Origin: a virus
Taxonomy: Duplodnaviria > Caudoviricetes
Virus record (IMG/VR): IMGVR_UViG_3300021431_000076
Coordinates: 128,001 to 192,000 of that record
Strand: one strand, 5' to 3'
DNA: 64,000 nucleotides
In this document: one piece after another, positions 49,501 to 60,046 of the stretch
Numbering within the stretch: the first letter of the stretch is position 1
Layout: every line of letters begins with the position of its first letter
Translations under genes and position numbers: made by a program
Notes under the pieces: model-generated
Told to the model about the DNA's origin: nothing
The model's input: only the letters and a program-made list of their open reading frames with translations
Database searches by the model: none

Positions 49501-49655
49501 TTTTTCTTCTCCCTTTCTCTTTTGACTTTCGTTCTCCTCATTTGACGAAGTCTTTTTAACTTAGCTTTATAAATACCACATGTTTTACAGCTATCTTTCA
49601 TTACAGTATTGCTGCATTTGACAAGTGGATTATGAGGACATTGTTCTGTTGGCAT
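49497..49655 (-). CDS. 52-aa Cys4 zinc-finger-like basic protein (not in ORF track)
   Basis: MPTEQCPHNPLVKCSNTVMKDSCKTCGIYKAKLKRLRQMRRTKVKREREKKK*; AGGTGA SD. Confidence 0.7.
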   Translation of the reverse strand: MPTEQCPHNPLVKCSNTVMKDSCKTCGIYKAKLKRLRQMRRTKVKREREKKK

Positions 49656-49732
49656 TATACATCACCTTTTCTGTGTATCTCCTCTAACTCACCCTCAATA
49701 GAATAGTATATCTCTATTTTTTCTTTTACTTA

Positions 49733-49845
49733 TAAAAAAATAGATAGGGTGGACAAATCCCTATCTATTTAAATAAAGTGGAAGTCTTTAGGGTAATATA
49801 AGAGAAAAATATTGGGAAGTATATTCCTCCCTCAAACTACCTCAA
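49733..49845 (-). ncRNA. candidate ~110-nt ncRNA
   Basis: Promoter at 49850-49857; SD not followed by a start codon; short hairpins; terminator TAGATAGGG/CCCTATCTA plus T-run. Confidence 0.5.
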
Positions 49846-50016
49846 TAGAATAGTATATAACTGAAATTTTAAACCCTCTTCAAAAATTTAATTTGTCTAT
49901 TCCTTCCTCAGACTCATACTCATAGGAATGGTATATAACTGAAAAATTTTTTACTTTACAAAAACTAGGTAGATCACATTAGAATAATCAGGAACTATTT
50001 AAGGAGGAGAAACTAA

Positions 50017-53000
50017 ATGGCTTTAATGATTGATGAACTTCATCCTCTAAAGTTATATTCTGGTAATTATTTTTATAATATTCAGAAAGAGGATAGAAAG
50101 AAAGGTTCATTAGTATATCTAATGACTCCTAACAAACAATCTTCTATAAATGTAATAAATCATAAACTAGGAAAGAGAAATAATATTCTATTCCAATCTT
50201 ATTTCTTAGATAGGAATATAGATTTTGTTATAAATGGTAATCTAAGTGAGAGTAAGACTTACAATATCAATGATGAAGAAGTTATACCAGAAATAGGTAT
50301 AACTGAATCTCTTATGATAGATAATAGAAATGAAATAAGTTTAACTGAAAATGCTCTTATCTATAATGGAGAAGATTATAAAGAGAGAATCTTATTTCCA
50401 GATGATGTAGATGAGATATTATCTGAAGCATCTCAATATAAGACTAAATATGGATCTTATAATCTTACAGCTATATTTAAGAATATGCTATATAAGCATA
50501 GACTTAAAACAAATAAAGATGTATTGAAGATATATGAAGAGATAAAGAAGTCTTGTGATCTGATTAAGTTTACTTATGTAGATCCTAGATTATATAAAGG
50601 AAGAAATCTATTCTATGATTGGTCTTATTATACAGAGATATTCTTCAAGGAGAATTCGAAGTTCCAACAAGAAAGAGGATTAGACGTATTCTTCAGTTTT
50701 ATGGATAAATTTATAACTGATAGAAGATTCCCTGATTATAGTATCAAGACTATAGTTATACCAGTAAATGATTGGTGTAAAGGATTAGAAGATCCATATG
50801 ACTTCAAAAAGAATATAAATCCAATCTCTTTATTCTTTAGAAGATTTAGAATGAACTTTACTCAATTTGGTAATTGGAGTAACCATAACATTCTCTTCTT
50901 GGGAACTAATGGATTCTTTACTATGAAATTAGATAATTTTGATCCTAATAAACAACTATCTAGATTTAAGATGTGCTGTGATAAGCTTATTAGGGAAGAT
51001 TATAGCGATGCGGAGGTTGTTGATACTGATTCTAAGACTATGATGATGAGCTTTATTGCAGATAAATTAGCTCAAGGTGGTATAGAATTAGACAATATAT
51101 CTGGTGCTACTAAGCATTTCTCTAGAGAAGAGATTAAAGATATGGGAACAATGAATAATCCTACTCTAGAGAAAGATAAATCTATTAAGAAAGCTATCTT
51201 AGTACAGAAATTAGAAAAGATAGTAAATCAAGCTAAAGATACAAATGAAGTTCTTAAGAGATTTGAAGATAATGATGATAGTGAAGAAAATGAGCAATTA
51301 AAAGAACTATTATTAGATATCCAATCTGATGATGGTGTTAAGATGAATCAGGCTAGAACTGATAGAATGCAAGCTACAAGAAAAGAACTATTAAAGAAAC
51401 AGATCAATGGTAAATCTGTAGCAGATCTAATGGATCAATTCTCTAAGAATTATGATCTTAAAGAAGCAGGTGTAGAGATAGATTCTATTGATGAAACTTG
51501 GAAACATCTTAAGTTCCCTTCATTCTATTCTTCTTATACTAAAGAAGATATGGAAGCAGATATAGTTGCTGTATTTAAACACTATACAACTGTAACTCAT
51601 CCAATGAATATCTTAGATATCAATGTAGAGAATACTTCTACTGCTGAAGATTATGTGAATACTTGGACTGTTAAGTATGAAGATGCTGAAACAGGTAAAA
51701 GATATACAATGGTAGTAGATATGCCTAGATTGATTGATAATCGTTTCATGATGTTAAGAGGTAATGAGAAGGTATTGATTTCTCAATTCATGCTTATGCC
51801 TATTATCAAAACATCAGAATTTGAATGCCAGATGGTGTCTAACTATAACAAGATATTCATTAGAAGAAAATCTCCTACAGGTAATGGTAAATCTACTGTT
51901 ATTATCAATAAACTTATGAGAGTTTTACTTAAATATGATGGAACTGATTTCAAAGTAAATACTGGTGATAATAGAAAAGTAGCATCTAGATATGAACTAC
52001 CAATAGATTTTATTGATATGACTACTACCTTTGATTCTATCCAATTTAATGATGGTTCTTATATCTCTTTCAATATGAAGACTCTATCAGAAATTCCAAT
52101 AGATAGAACTCTATTAGGAAATACTAAACTTACTGATGAAGAATTAAACCGTAAATATATGGCTATCTATGTAAATAAGAATGGTAAAAGAGTTCCTATA
52201 TCAGAGGAATCCTGTGATCATTTTATTTTAAGAACTATTCAAAAGTATGATAAATCAGGAAGATTCCAAGAATTATATGACGTATCTTCTGTATCTAAGA
52301 AGCTTATGTATGCTGAAGCATCTATCTTGGGTATCAAAATACCAGTAATAGTATTGCTTTCATATAATATAGGATTGCAAAAAGTATTATCTCGTCATAA
52401 TATCGAGTACGAATTCACTGAGAAGAGACCATCTAAAGATCAGTTCTATATCAAATTCTCTGATGGATATTTAGTATATGAACCTAAATCTGAAGCAGAT
52501 AATCTATTAATAAATGGATTAATGCAATTTGATACATCTGAATATTCTATATCTGATATAAATTCTAAAGACATGTGGATTTCAGTATTAGATGAATTTG
52601 GTGGTAGAATTAAAGCAGATGGTTTAGATAACTTCTATGACCTCTTTATGGATCCTATTACTACAGAGATTTGTAGACTTACTAATCTACCAACTGATTA
52701 TGTAGGAGCTATGCTATATGCCAATGATCTATTGATAGATAATAAGTACAATCGTCATACTGATATTACTGGTAATAGATTAAGAACTAATGAGATTATA
52801 GTAGGTCACTTATATCTAGTAACTTCAAGAGCATTTGGTGATTATAGAAAGACTATTAAGAAGAATCCAAATCTAGCTCAGTTTACAGTAAAGAAATCTG
52901 CTGTAATTGATTCTATCTTAACTCACGATCAGACTTCTTCAGACTTATCTACATTGACTCCACTTCTAGAATCTGAATCTGGTGGTAAAGTAACATTTAA

Positions 53001-54483
53001 AGGTCTATCAGGTATGAACTCAGAAAGAGCATTCTCTGTAGATAAGAGAACTTATGATAAGTCTATGCTAGGTATAGTAGGTATTTCTACTGGTTTTGCT
53101 ACAACTGTAGGTGTTAATAGACAGCTTACCATAGATGCTAATATTAGAAATAAGAGAGGATTTGTTGGTAATACAGAAGCAAAGAATCTGAACAGTACTA
53201 ATGGATTCTCTATGTTTGAAGCATTATCTCCAATGGCTATTAATCATGATGACCCATTCCGTACAGCAATGGCATATACACAAACTGGTCAACATCAGAT
53301 GACTACTAGAAAATCTATGCCTAACTTAGTAACTACAGGAGCAGATCAGGCTATAGCTTATCTTACTTCTAATAAATTTGCTTATAAATTTAGAGGAAAT
53401 AGAGGTATAGTTAAAGAGATTAACAATGATTATATGATTATTCAAGATCTAGATACTAAAGAATGTGAATTTGTTGATCTTAGAGAAACAATTAGAAAGA
53501 ATTCTGATGGTGGTTTCTATCTTACTACTAAACTTACAGCTACAGAAGGATTGAAGAAAGGATCTAAACTAAAACAAAATGAGATAGTAGCATACGATAG
53601 AAAGAACTATTCTAAATCTGTTGGTACTACTGGAGATCCTCATGATATTTCTTATAATATTGGTACTCTTGCTAAAGTAGCTATCATGAATACAGATATG
53701 GCATTCGAAGACTCTTGTGTAGTAGATGAATATGTATCTGATGCATTGACTACCAATCTATGCTATATGAAAGATATCAATCTAAATAAACTTTCTAACG
53801 TATATAATCTAGTAAAACCAGGAGATAAAGTAGAAGCAGATGATAGTCTATTAGTATTCCAAGATTCATTTGATGAAGAAGAAGCAAATGAACTATTAAG
53901 AAATATCTCTATGGATCAAGAATTCATTTCAGATATTGGCAGAAAACATATCAGATCTAAAACATCTGGTGTGGTACAAGATGTAAAGATATATAGAACT
54001 TGTGAGATATCTGAACTCTCTCCCACATTACAAAAGATTTGTAAAGAACATGATGCTAGAATCAATAAACTTAAGAAAGCTATGAGAGATAATAAGATAG
54101 AAAGAGAATATACTCTTGAACCTACTAAAAAATTAGAAGCATCTGGTAAACTAAAAGGTTTAGAAGGTGTAAGAATAGAGATCTATGTAAAAGCAGTAGA
54201 TAAGTTTGGTATAGGTGATAAACTTGTATTCTATCAAGCTCTAAAAGGTGTATGTTCTTATACTATTCCTAAAGAAGTATCTGGTTATACAGATTATAGA
54301 CCTAATGAGAAAGTAGGAGCTTATCTATCTCAGATTGGTACATTCAAACGTATGGTTCCTTCTTGTTATCTATTAGGATTCACTAATAAACTATTAGTAG
54401 AACTTACTAGACAATGCCAAGAAGAACTAGGAATTAAATGGAGACCAATACAAGAAATAATGGAAGATGAACCAGAAGAATAA
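50017..54483 (+). CDS. multisubunit RNA polymerase beta-like subunit (split, phiKZ/AR9-like)
   Basis: RGNEKVLISQ, HDDPFRTAM...Q, FEDS, GDK, KGV and RM motifs; ends before the usual beta C-terminal GEME region; long phage-specific N-terminus. Confidence 0.88.
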   Translation: MALMIDELHPLKLYSGNYFYNIQKEDRKKGSLVYLMTPNKQSSINVINHKLGKRNNILFQSYFLDRNIDFVINGNLSESKTYNINDEEVIPEIGITESLMIDNRNEISLTENALIYNGEDYKERILFPDDVDEILSEASQYKTKYGSYNLTAIFKNMLYKHRLKTNKDVLKIYEEIKKSCDLIKFTYVDPRLYKGRNLFYDWSYYTEIFFKENSKFQQERGLDVFFSFMDKFITDRRFPDYSIKTIVIPVNDWCKGLEDPYDFKKNINPISLFFRRFRMNFTQFGNWSNHNILFLGTNGFFTMKLDNFDPNKQLSRFKMCCDKLIREDYSDAEVVDTDSKTMMMSFIADKLAQGGIELDNISGATKHFSREEIKDMGTMNNPTLEKDKSIKKAILVQKLEKIVNQAKDTNEVLKRFEDNDDSEENEQLKELLLDIQSDDGVKMNQARTDRMQATRKELLKKQINGKSVADLMDQFSKNYDLKEAGVEIDSIDETWKHLKFPSFYSSYTKEDMEADIVAVFKHYTTVTHPMNILDINVENTSTAEDYVNTWTVKYEDAETGKRYTMVVDMPRLIDNRFMMLRGNEKVLISQFMLMPIIKTSEFECQMVSNYNKIFIRRKSPTGNGKSTVIINKLMRVLLKYDGTDFKVNTGDNRKVASRYELPIDFIDMTTTFDSIQFNDGSYISFNMKTLSEIPIDRTLLGNTKLTDEELNRKYMAIYVNKNGKRVPISEESCDHFILRTIQKYDKSGRFQELYDVSSVSKKLMYAEASILGIKIPVIVLLSYNIGLQKVLSRHNIEYEFTEKRPSKDQFYIKFSDGYLVYEPKSEADNLLINGLMQFDTSEYSISDINSKDMWISVLDEFGGRIKADGLDNFYDLFMDPITTEICRLTNLPTDYVGAMLYANDLLIDNKYNRHTDITGNRLRTNEIIVGHLYLVTSRAFGDYRKTIKKNPNLAQFTVKKSAVIDSILTHDQTSSDLSTLTPLLESESGGKVTFKGLSGMNSERAFSVDKRTYDKSMLGIVGISTGFATTVGVNRQLTIDANIRNKRGFVGNTEAKNLNSTNGFSMFEALSPMAINHDDPFRTAMAYTQTGQHQMTTRKSMPNLVTTGADQAIAYLTSNKFAYKFRGNRGIVKEINNDYMIIQDLDTKECEFVDLRETIRKNSDGGFYLTTKLTATEGLKKGSKLKQNEIVAYDRKNYSKSVGTTGDPHDISYNIGTLAKVAIMNTDMAFEDSCVVDEYVSDALTTNLCYMKDINLNKLSNVYNLVKPGDKVEADDSLLVFQDSFDEEEANELLRNISMDQEFISDIGRKHIRSKTSGVVQDVKIYRTCEISELSPTLQKICKEHDARINKLKKAMRDNKIEREYTLEPTKKLEASGKLKGLEGVRIEIYVKAVDKFGIGDKLVFYQALKGVCSYTIPKEVSGYTDYRPNEKVGAYLSQIGTFKRMVPSCYLLGFTNKLLVELTRQCQEELGIKWRPIQEIMEDEPEE

Positions 54484-54490
54484 AACAAAA

Positions 54491-54646
54491 ATACCAGTAG
54501 GAAACTCCTACTGGTATATTCTTTATTGAATAATTATTTTAAGACTTTTAGATAAGTTGTAATAAATAGAAGAAAGGAAGGAATCACATGAGCGTATTTA
54601 ATCCCGAAGATAAGATTACCTGGAATGAATTAGCTCCTTCATTACA
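54491..54646 (+). repeat. direct repeat copy 1 (terminator + promoter + SD + first codons)
   Basis: About 80 bp identical (54538-54619 vs 59940-60021) with similar flanks. Confidence 0.9.
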
Positions 54647-57600
54647 GCAAAAGATAATAACGCTTATAAAAGATACTGTTAGTGATGATCTTAAAGATAG
54701 AAACAGCAAGATCTATAAAGCATTAATAGAAACTCTTGTTGCTAGTATTTATACTAATCCTAATACAGATTTAAGAAATGCTATTAGAAAAGCTATCAAA
54801 CAAGATTTATTAGATAGAAATACCATTGTCTACACAGCATTGATTGATACTTTAGTAGCTAGTATCTATACTAATCCTAATTCAGATTTAAGAAATGCTA
54901 TTAGAAATGCTATCAAACAAGATTTATTAGATAGAAATACCATTGTCTACACAGCATTGATTGAAACCCTTGTTTCTAGTATTTACGATAATCCTAATGC
55001 AGATTTGCGTAATGCTATTAGAAAAGCTATCAAACAAGACTTATTAGATAGAAATACCATTGTCTACACAGCATTGATTGATACTTTAGTAGCTAGTATC
55101 TATACTAATCCTAATTCAGATTTAAGAAATGCTATTAGAAATGCTATAAAGCAAGATTTGCTTGATAGAAATACTATAGTATATACAGCATTGATTGAAA
55201 CTTTAGTAGCCAGCCTAAATCTAAGTACTCCTAATAATGCGTTAATAACGGCAGTTAGAAATCTTTTAATAGCAGATCTTGGAAATAAATCAAGTGATGT
55301 GTATAACGCATTAATTAATACACTAGTAAGTACTATCAACGATACTGGTAGTAATACATTTAAAACTACTCTTCTTAACTATATATCTAAATGTATCAAA
55401 GATTCTATTAATGACCCCAATTCTGAGTTATATAAAAATTTAAAAGATTTTATATCTAAGGCTATCAAAGATGCAGTAGCTGATACTTCATCAGAATTAT
55501 ATAAAAATTTAAGAGAGCTTATAAGCAAAACTGTAAAAGAAGCCATCAATGATTCTAATTCAGATTTACATAAAAATCTTAAAGACTTTATAACCAAAGC
55601 TATAGATGAAGCTATAAATGATACATCTTCTGCATTGTATGAAAAACTCAAAAAACTTATAAGCACAACGATTAAGCAAGCTACTTCAGATTCATCATCT
55701 GAGTTATATAAGAATTTAAGAGATTTTATTTCTAAAGCAGTAAAAGATGCTGTAGCTGATACATCATCTGAACTATATAAAAATTTAAGAGAGCTTATAA
55801 GTAAAACTGTAAAAGAGTCTATTAGCGATTCCAATTCAGATTTACATAAAAACCTTAAAGACTTCATAACTAAAGCTGTGGATGAAGCTATAAATGATAC
55901 ATCTTCTGCATTATACGAAAGACTCAAAAAATTAATTAGCACAACAATCAAACAATCTACAACAGATCCATCATCTGAGTTATATAAAAATTTAAGAGAT
56001 TTTATATCTCAAACTGTAGAAGATGCAATGAAAGATACATCATCTGATTTATATGAAAATTTAAGAGCATTTATTGCTAAAACTATAAAAGAGGCTATTG
56101 ATGGTACTGATAAATCTAGTGGATTATTTGAAGTGATTAGAACATTGACTTTCAATAATTTACCACCTAAAGTTGGATTCCTTGATGATACAAAAGTTAA
56201 TCTTCAAGGCGTATATAATATGTCTTATATGGGTGGTATGGCCGGCCCATATTTTATATCAGATGCTGAAGGTCGTGAATGTTTATTTGCTGTTGCATCT
56301 GGTAACTCGTATGCTGATAGTGATCCTAAACCAAGTATGATAAATAGACCTGGTGTATATCGTGCTACTCGTATGACTACAGTAGAAGATTTTGTATGGG
56401 AAAATAATGCTGTGCGTCCTGAATTTATCAAAAATATGTCTGGATATATACAAAGTAGCAATGGTCCAACATTTGATAATATTCGTGCAACTTCTATTTG
56501 GGGTTTATCATCTGATTGGATAGGCCTTACAGTTACATGGCATAATAGTACTACTGCAGAAACTACATCTGCTAAATATTATTTGGTGTTTACAAATGGT
56601 TCTGGATCTCCACAAAATTGGGGTAATGCTAAACAGGGTTATGTTGATATGACTCCTTATACTAGTGGTGGAAATGATATATCTGGTTTGGCTAGAATTG
56701 AATTGACTACAGGAGAAGTATATTATATCATCCCAAAAGTTACAAATGTTGGTGTAGCTACAATAGATCCGCATAATGGAGAATCTATAACTGACTATCA
56801 AAATACTTTATATTTTGGCATTTATAAAGCTACGGAAAATAGAGTTACTGATCATACTGTTACTCTAACAAAAGTTAGAGAAGATAATGTTGGTCATTCT
56901 GGATGGGATTTTATGACCAGTGGTTCTATATATGATAATAGTTCTTCTAAATCTTCATATAATACTCTAGGCAATCCTAGATTAGTTTATATTAAACATA
57001 TGAAATGTTTATTACTTGTTGCACGTTCAAATTGCAGAGGATATTTTTATAATAACTCTAACCAACGAGTTGTAAATTTCCATTCAGGATATGTTCATTA
57101 TCATCATGGATTGATAGATATTTCAAATACTGATTCAGCTTTAAAATCAGCAACATCTAACTTTTTTGGAATCAAAACCAATTGGACTGCATTTCATTTA
57201 GGTTATGAATATAATATGTTTAGATATAACACACCTAGATCATGGCAAATTCCAACACCAAATATGACATATGATGAATTAAAAAGAACAGTTTCTGCTG
57301 TACTGCATGAATATAATCAATGGGGAGGAGGATATCCATCCAGATCTAGACTAACAATATTTGGGCTAAATTCTGATAATGCTCAATCTCAATTTATAAA
57401 TTATATGAAAAGCACTGATATTATACCTTCTAGTTTTCCATGGAGTTTTGGTATTAATCAAACAACTTATCCAGACTTTAAAAAAGAAGTAGAATGCATG
57501 GATAAGTATATTCTTAGTGATGACACAGCTCCATGGTCTAAAACTATGAAATATTTATATATTATACACGATATATTTGTATTATACTGTGGATCTAAAA

Positions 57601-58934
57601 AACACAATGGAGATCAATGGACACATATAACTCCTACTCTTCTAAAAAATCCAGTAACAAATACTCCATACAATAAAAATGTTTTTACGTGTGACGTTGG
57701 TCAATGGCAAGTTACAAGTGGTGGATACAATTCCTCTAGTTATTCTATGGTATACACTGGAGGTGACTATTCAGAATTATATTACTATGATTATAACACT
57801 AGAGAAGTTAAGAAAAATGTTACTACTACAGTCACATTAGAAAATGGTTCAACAGTACCTACTATTCGCCCAACTGTTGATATGGAGTTATTTACAACTT
57901 TCCCAGATCATGATCCTAGAACAATTCTAGAAACTTATTATGCCTCTCAAATAAGTTCTCATGGTGTAACTATACTTGATTATCAACGAGCAAGTTCTGT
58001 ATATGGTAATTGTTCTGTATTAGGTGGAGAATTTATAGCACATGTTGGATGTTTGAGATGCAAAATACATGATAGTTCTCCTCGTGCTGTTAGTACAGTA
58101 TCCGGTCAAAATGATGATGATTTAACATTATTTTATCCAACAATAGTATTGTTTTTTAAATCTGGTTCATATAAAGTATATAATATGTATGAAATGGCTA
58201 TTAATGGTGAACAAACATCTTTAGCAGCAGCTATAAAAGCACAAATATTGGATAATATGAAAAATAAACACAATCAGAATCAAACAGGAAGCACAGGAAG
58301 TTCATATTATCTTCCATTTTTCGATCCAGCTGGATCTTTCTGTCATACTTATTATGCTGCTTCTGCTAATTCAGATTATAGCGGTCCATCAAATGGGTTA
58401 TATGACCTAAAAGATAATAAAATGTATTTAGCGAGTGAATTAATGACTACTTGGACTGGTCATGTGGCTGGATATAGTAAATCTCTTGGATATTATATGA
58501 CTAACTGTACATTTGAATATACTTGCATGTATATAGCATGCCAAAAAGACTATCTAGGTACTGAAGCTCCAAAAACTTGCACTTCAATAATAGATATGTT
58601 TAGAAATACAGGTTATTATGCTAAAAAAATGTATACTAGTGCATCCACTGGTAGAGTAGCATATTTATCTAAAACAGCTTTATATCTTGGTGGTTATTTT
58701 TCATACCTAGAACCAAAAGAATTATACCTCGAAAACGGAGATAATTATATCTATATTACTAGAGATGCAGCAAGTTATGAATTAACTGTAGATATATATG
58801 ACCATCAAATAGGTGTTCCTGGAGAATCTCAATTTAACCGTATACTTATTTCGCATATAATTGTAACAAATGGAATGATAGCAACTCAAGCAGATTATGA
58901 TATCGCATATTATTCTATGAAATCTTTAGTATAA
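54588..58934 (+). CDS. long tail fiber / receptor-binding protein
   Basis: ELAPSLQ N-terminal motif; 39-aa then 22-aa helical repeats; large beta-rich C-terminal region. Confidence 0.7.
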   Translation: MSVFNPEDKITWNELAPSLQQKIITLIKDTVSDDLKDRNSKIYKALIETLVASIYTNPNTDLRNAIRKAIKQDLLDRNTIVYTALIDTLVASIYTNPNSDLRNAIRNAIKQDLLDRNTIVYTALIETLVSSIYDNPNADLRNAIRKAIKQDLLDRNTIVYTALIDTLVASIYTNPNSDLRNAIRNAIKQDLLDRNTIVYTALIETLVASLNLSTPNNALITAVRNLLIADLGNKSSDVYNALINTLVSTINDTGSNTFKTTLLNYISKCIKDSINDPNSELYKNLKDFISKAIKDAVADTSSELYKNLRELISKTVKEAINDSNSDLHKNLKDFITKAIDEAINDTSSALYEKLKKLISTTIKQATSDSSSELYKNLRDFISKAVKDAVADTSSELYKNLRELISKTVKESISDSNSDLHKNLKDFITKAVDEAINDTSSALYERLKKLISTTIKQSTTDPSSELYKNLRDFISQTVEDAMKDTSSDLYENLRAFIAKTIKEAIDGTDKSSGLFEVIRTLTFNNLPPKVGFLDDTKVNLQGVYNMSYMGGMAGPYFISDAEGRECLFAVASGNSYADSDPKPSMINRPGVYRATRMTTVEDFVWENNAVRPEFIKNMSGYIQSSNGPTFDNIRATSIWGLSSDWIGLTVTWHNSTTAETTSAKYYLVFTNGSGSPQNWGNAKQGYVDMTPYTSGGNDISGLARIELTTGEVYYIIPKVTNVGVATIDPHNGESITDYQNTLYFGIYKATENRVTDHTVTLTKVREDNVGHSGWDFMTSGSIYDNSSSKSSYNTLGNPRLVYIKHMKCLLLVARSNCRGYFYNNSNQRVVNFHSGYVHYHHGLIDISNTDSALKSATSNFFGIKTNWTAFHLGYEYNMFRYNTPRSWQIPTPNMTYDELKRTVSAVLHEYNQWGGGYPSRSRLTIFGLNSDNAQSQFINYMKSTDIIPSSFPWSFGINQTTYPDFKKEVECMDKYILSDDTAPWSKTMKYLYIIHDIFVLYCGSKKHNGDQWTHITPTLLKNPVTNTPYNKNVFTCDVGQWQVTSGGYNSSSYSMVYTGGDYSELYYYDYNTREVKKNVTTTVTLENGSTVPTIRPTVDMELFTTFPDHDPRTILETYYASQISSHGVTILDYQRASSVYGNCSVLGGEFIAHVGCLRCKIHDSSPRAVSTVSGQNDDDLTLFYPTIVLFFKSGSYKVYNMYEMAINGEQTSLAAAIKAQILDNMKNKHNQNQTGSTGSSYYLPFFDPAGSFCHTYYAASANSDYSGPSNGLYDLKDNKMYLASELMTTWTGHVAGYSKSLGYYMTNCTFEYTCMYIACQKDYLGTEAPKTCTSIIDMFRNTGYYAKKMYTSASTGRVAYLSKTALYLGGYFSYLEPKELYLENGDNYIYITRDAASYELTVDIYDHQIGVPGESQFNRILISHIIVTNGMIATQADYDIAYYSMKSLV
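54690..56100 (+). repeat. coding tandem repeats (117-bp then 66-bp units)
   Basis: LLDRNTIVYTALI.TLVASIY.NPN.DLRNAIR.AIKQD x~4.5; S.LY..L..(F/L)I...........D x~11. Confidence 0.85.
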
Positions 58935-58953
58935 TATATAGGGGATATTTAAT

Positions 58954-59187
58954 ATGGTAGATTTAAAAGATGAGATATTGGAAGCATTTAAAGATATCAA
59001 TTCAGATAAAGATTATCTAACTTTCAATATACCTTTATATAAATTAAAAGAAATGTATACAATAGATGAGGATTTACTTCCAGATCCTTATCCAATAGTG
59101 ATTAAAAAAGATTATTTAGTGGACTTAATAAAAAATAAATATATAGGTCCAGCTTTAATTCAAGGATTACGCAATGGAGTTGGATAA
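58954..59187 (+). CDS. small protein, paralog of 59627..59887 (possible fiber chaperone)
   Basis: Shared L..E.L.A, T.N.P..KL and LLPD..PI.I....L.D..K. Confidence 0.7.
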   Translation: MVDLKDEILEAFKDINSDKDYLTFNIPLYKLKEMYTIDEDLLPDPYPIVIKKDYLVDLIKNKYIGPALIQGLRNGVG

Positions 59188-59199
59188 GGAGGAATTAGT

Positions 59200-59634
59200 A
59201 TGGAATTTATTTATGTAATGGATAATGTAGATTGTTTTATGTCTATGCCTAAATACATCATTATTGATGGTAAACAAGATGAAATCAGGAATATCCTTCA
59301 TGATATATCAGATTTCCATATGTACTATAATAAGAAAGATAAGTATATATTTACTTACATTATACCAGATTTATTTCCAATAGGAGATACTATTAGAGCT
59401 GTTTCTTGTTGTGGTTTAATTGAAACTCTTGAAGTTGCTAAGATTCAAGATGAAGAGTATATTAAAGAGGTTCAAGATAATTCAGTAAAAAACTATCAGA
59501 ATAGAGTAGATGAACATACTATGTTTACAGATATGCTCTATTCTATTCTTACAACAAATCAACAACTGGTCCATACTGGAACTCCAGATGGGCATGGTAA
59601 TATTATTGTGGATGGAGGATCTATAAATGTCTAA
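59200..59634 (+). CDS. hypothetical protein (fiber cassette)
   Basis: AAGGAGG SD. Confidence 0.75.
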   Translation: MEFIYVMDNVDCFMSMPKYIIIDGKQDEIRNILHDISDFHMYYNKKDKYIFTYIIPDLFPIGDTIRAVSCCGLIETLEVAKIQDEEYIKEVQDNSVKNYQNRVDEHTMFTDMLYSILTTNQQLVHTGTPDGHGNIIVDGGSINV

Positions 59635-59887
59635 TACTATTTCTCTTGAAAAAGAACTGTTAACTGCTTTAGCTAATAAGAAACCAGAGGAAGATAAAAT
59701 TACTCTAAATCTTCCAAAAGATAAATTATTAGCTTTAACTAAAGATGCTTTTAAAGATTTGGAACCAGAACTTTTGCCAGATACGATTCCTATCAATATC
59801 TCTATGAAAGATTTGTTAGATATAGTAAAAAAAGAAAATCCTGATTTTCTTAAAGATCTTGTTATAGATCTTCAACTCAACAAATAA
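59627..59887 (+). CDS. small protein, paralog of 58954..59187
   Basis: GGAGG SD; paralogy as above. Confidence 0.7.
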   Translation: MSNTISLEKELLTALANKKPEEDKITLNLPKDKLLALTKDAFKDLEPELLPDTIPINISMKDLLDIVKKENPDFLKDLVIDLQLNK

Positions 59888-59890
59888 AAT

Positions 59891-60046
59891 ATACCAGTAG
59901 GGATAAATTCCCTACTGGTATATTTTATTGAATAATTGCTTTAAGACTTTTAGATAAGTTGTAATAAATAGAAGAAAGGAAGGAATCACATGAGCGTATT
60001 TAATCCCGAAGATAAGATTACTTTGGATGAATTAGCTCCGTCACTT
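59891..60046 (+). repeat. direct repeat copy 2
   Basis: Matches 54491..54646. Confidence 0.9.

Noticed and set aside
6299-54483. Inteins or group I introns in gyrB, dnaB or the RNAP subunit
   Set aside because: Motif spacing is continuous; I saw no intein splice motifs or homing endonuclease signatures.
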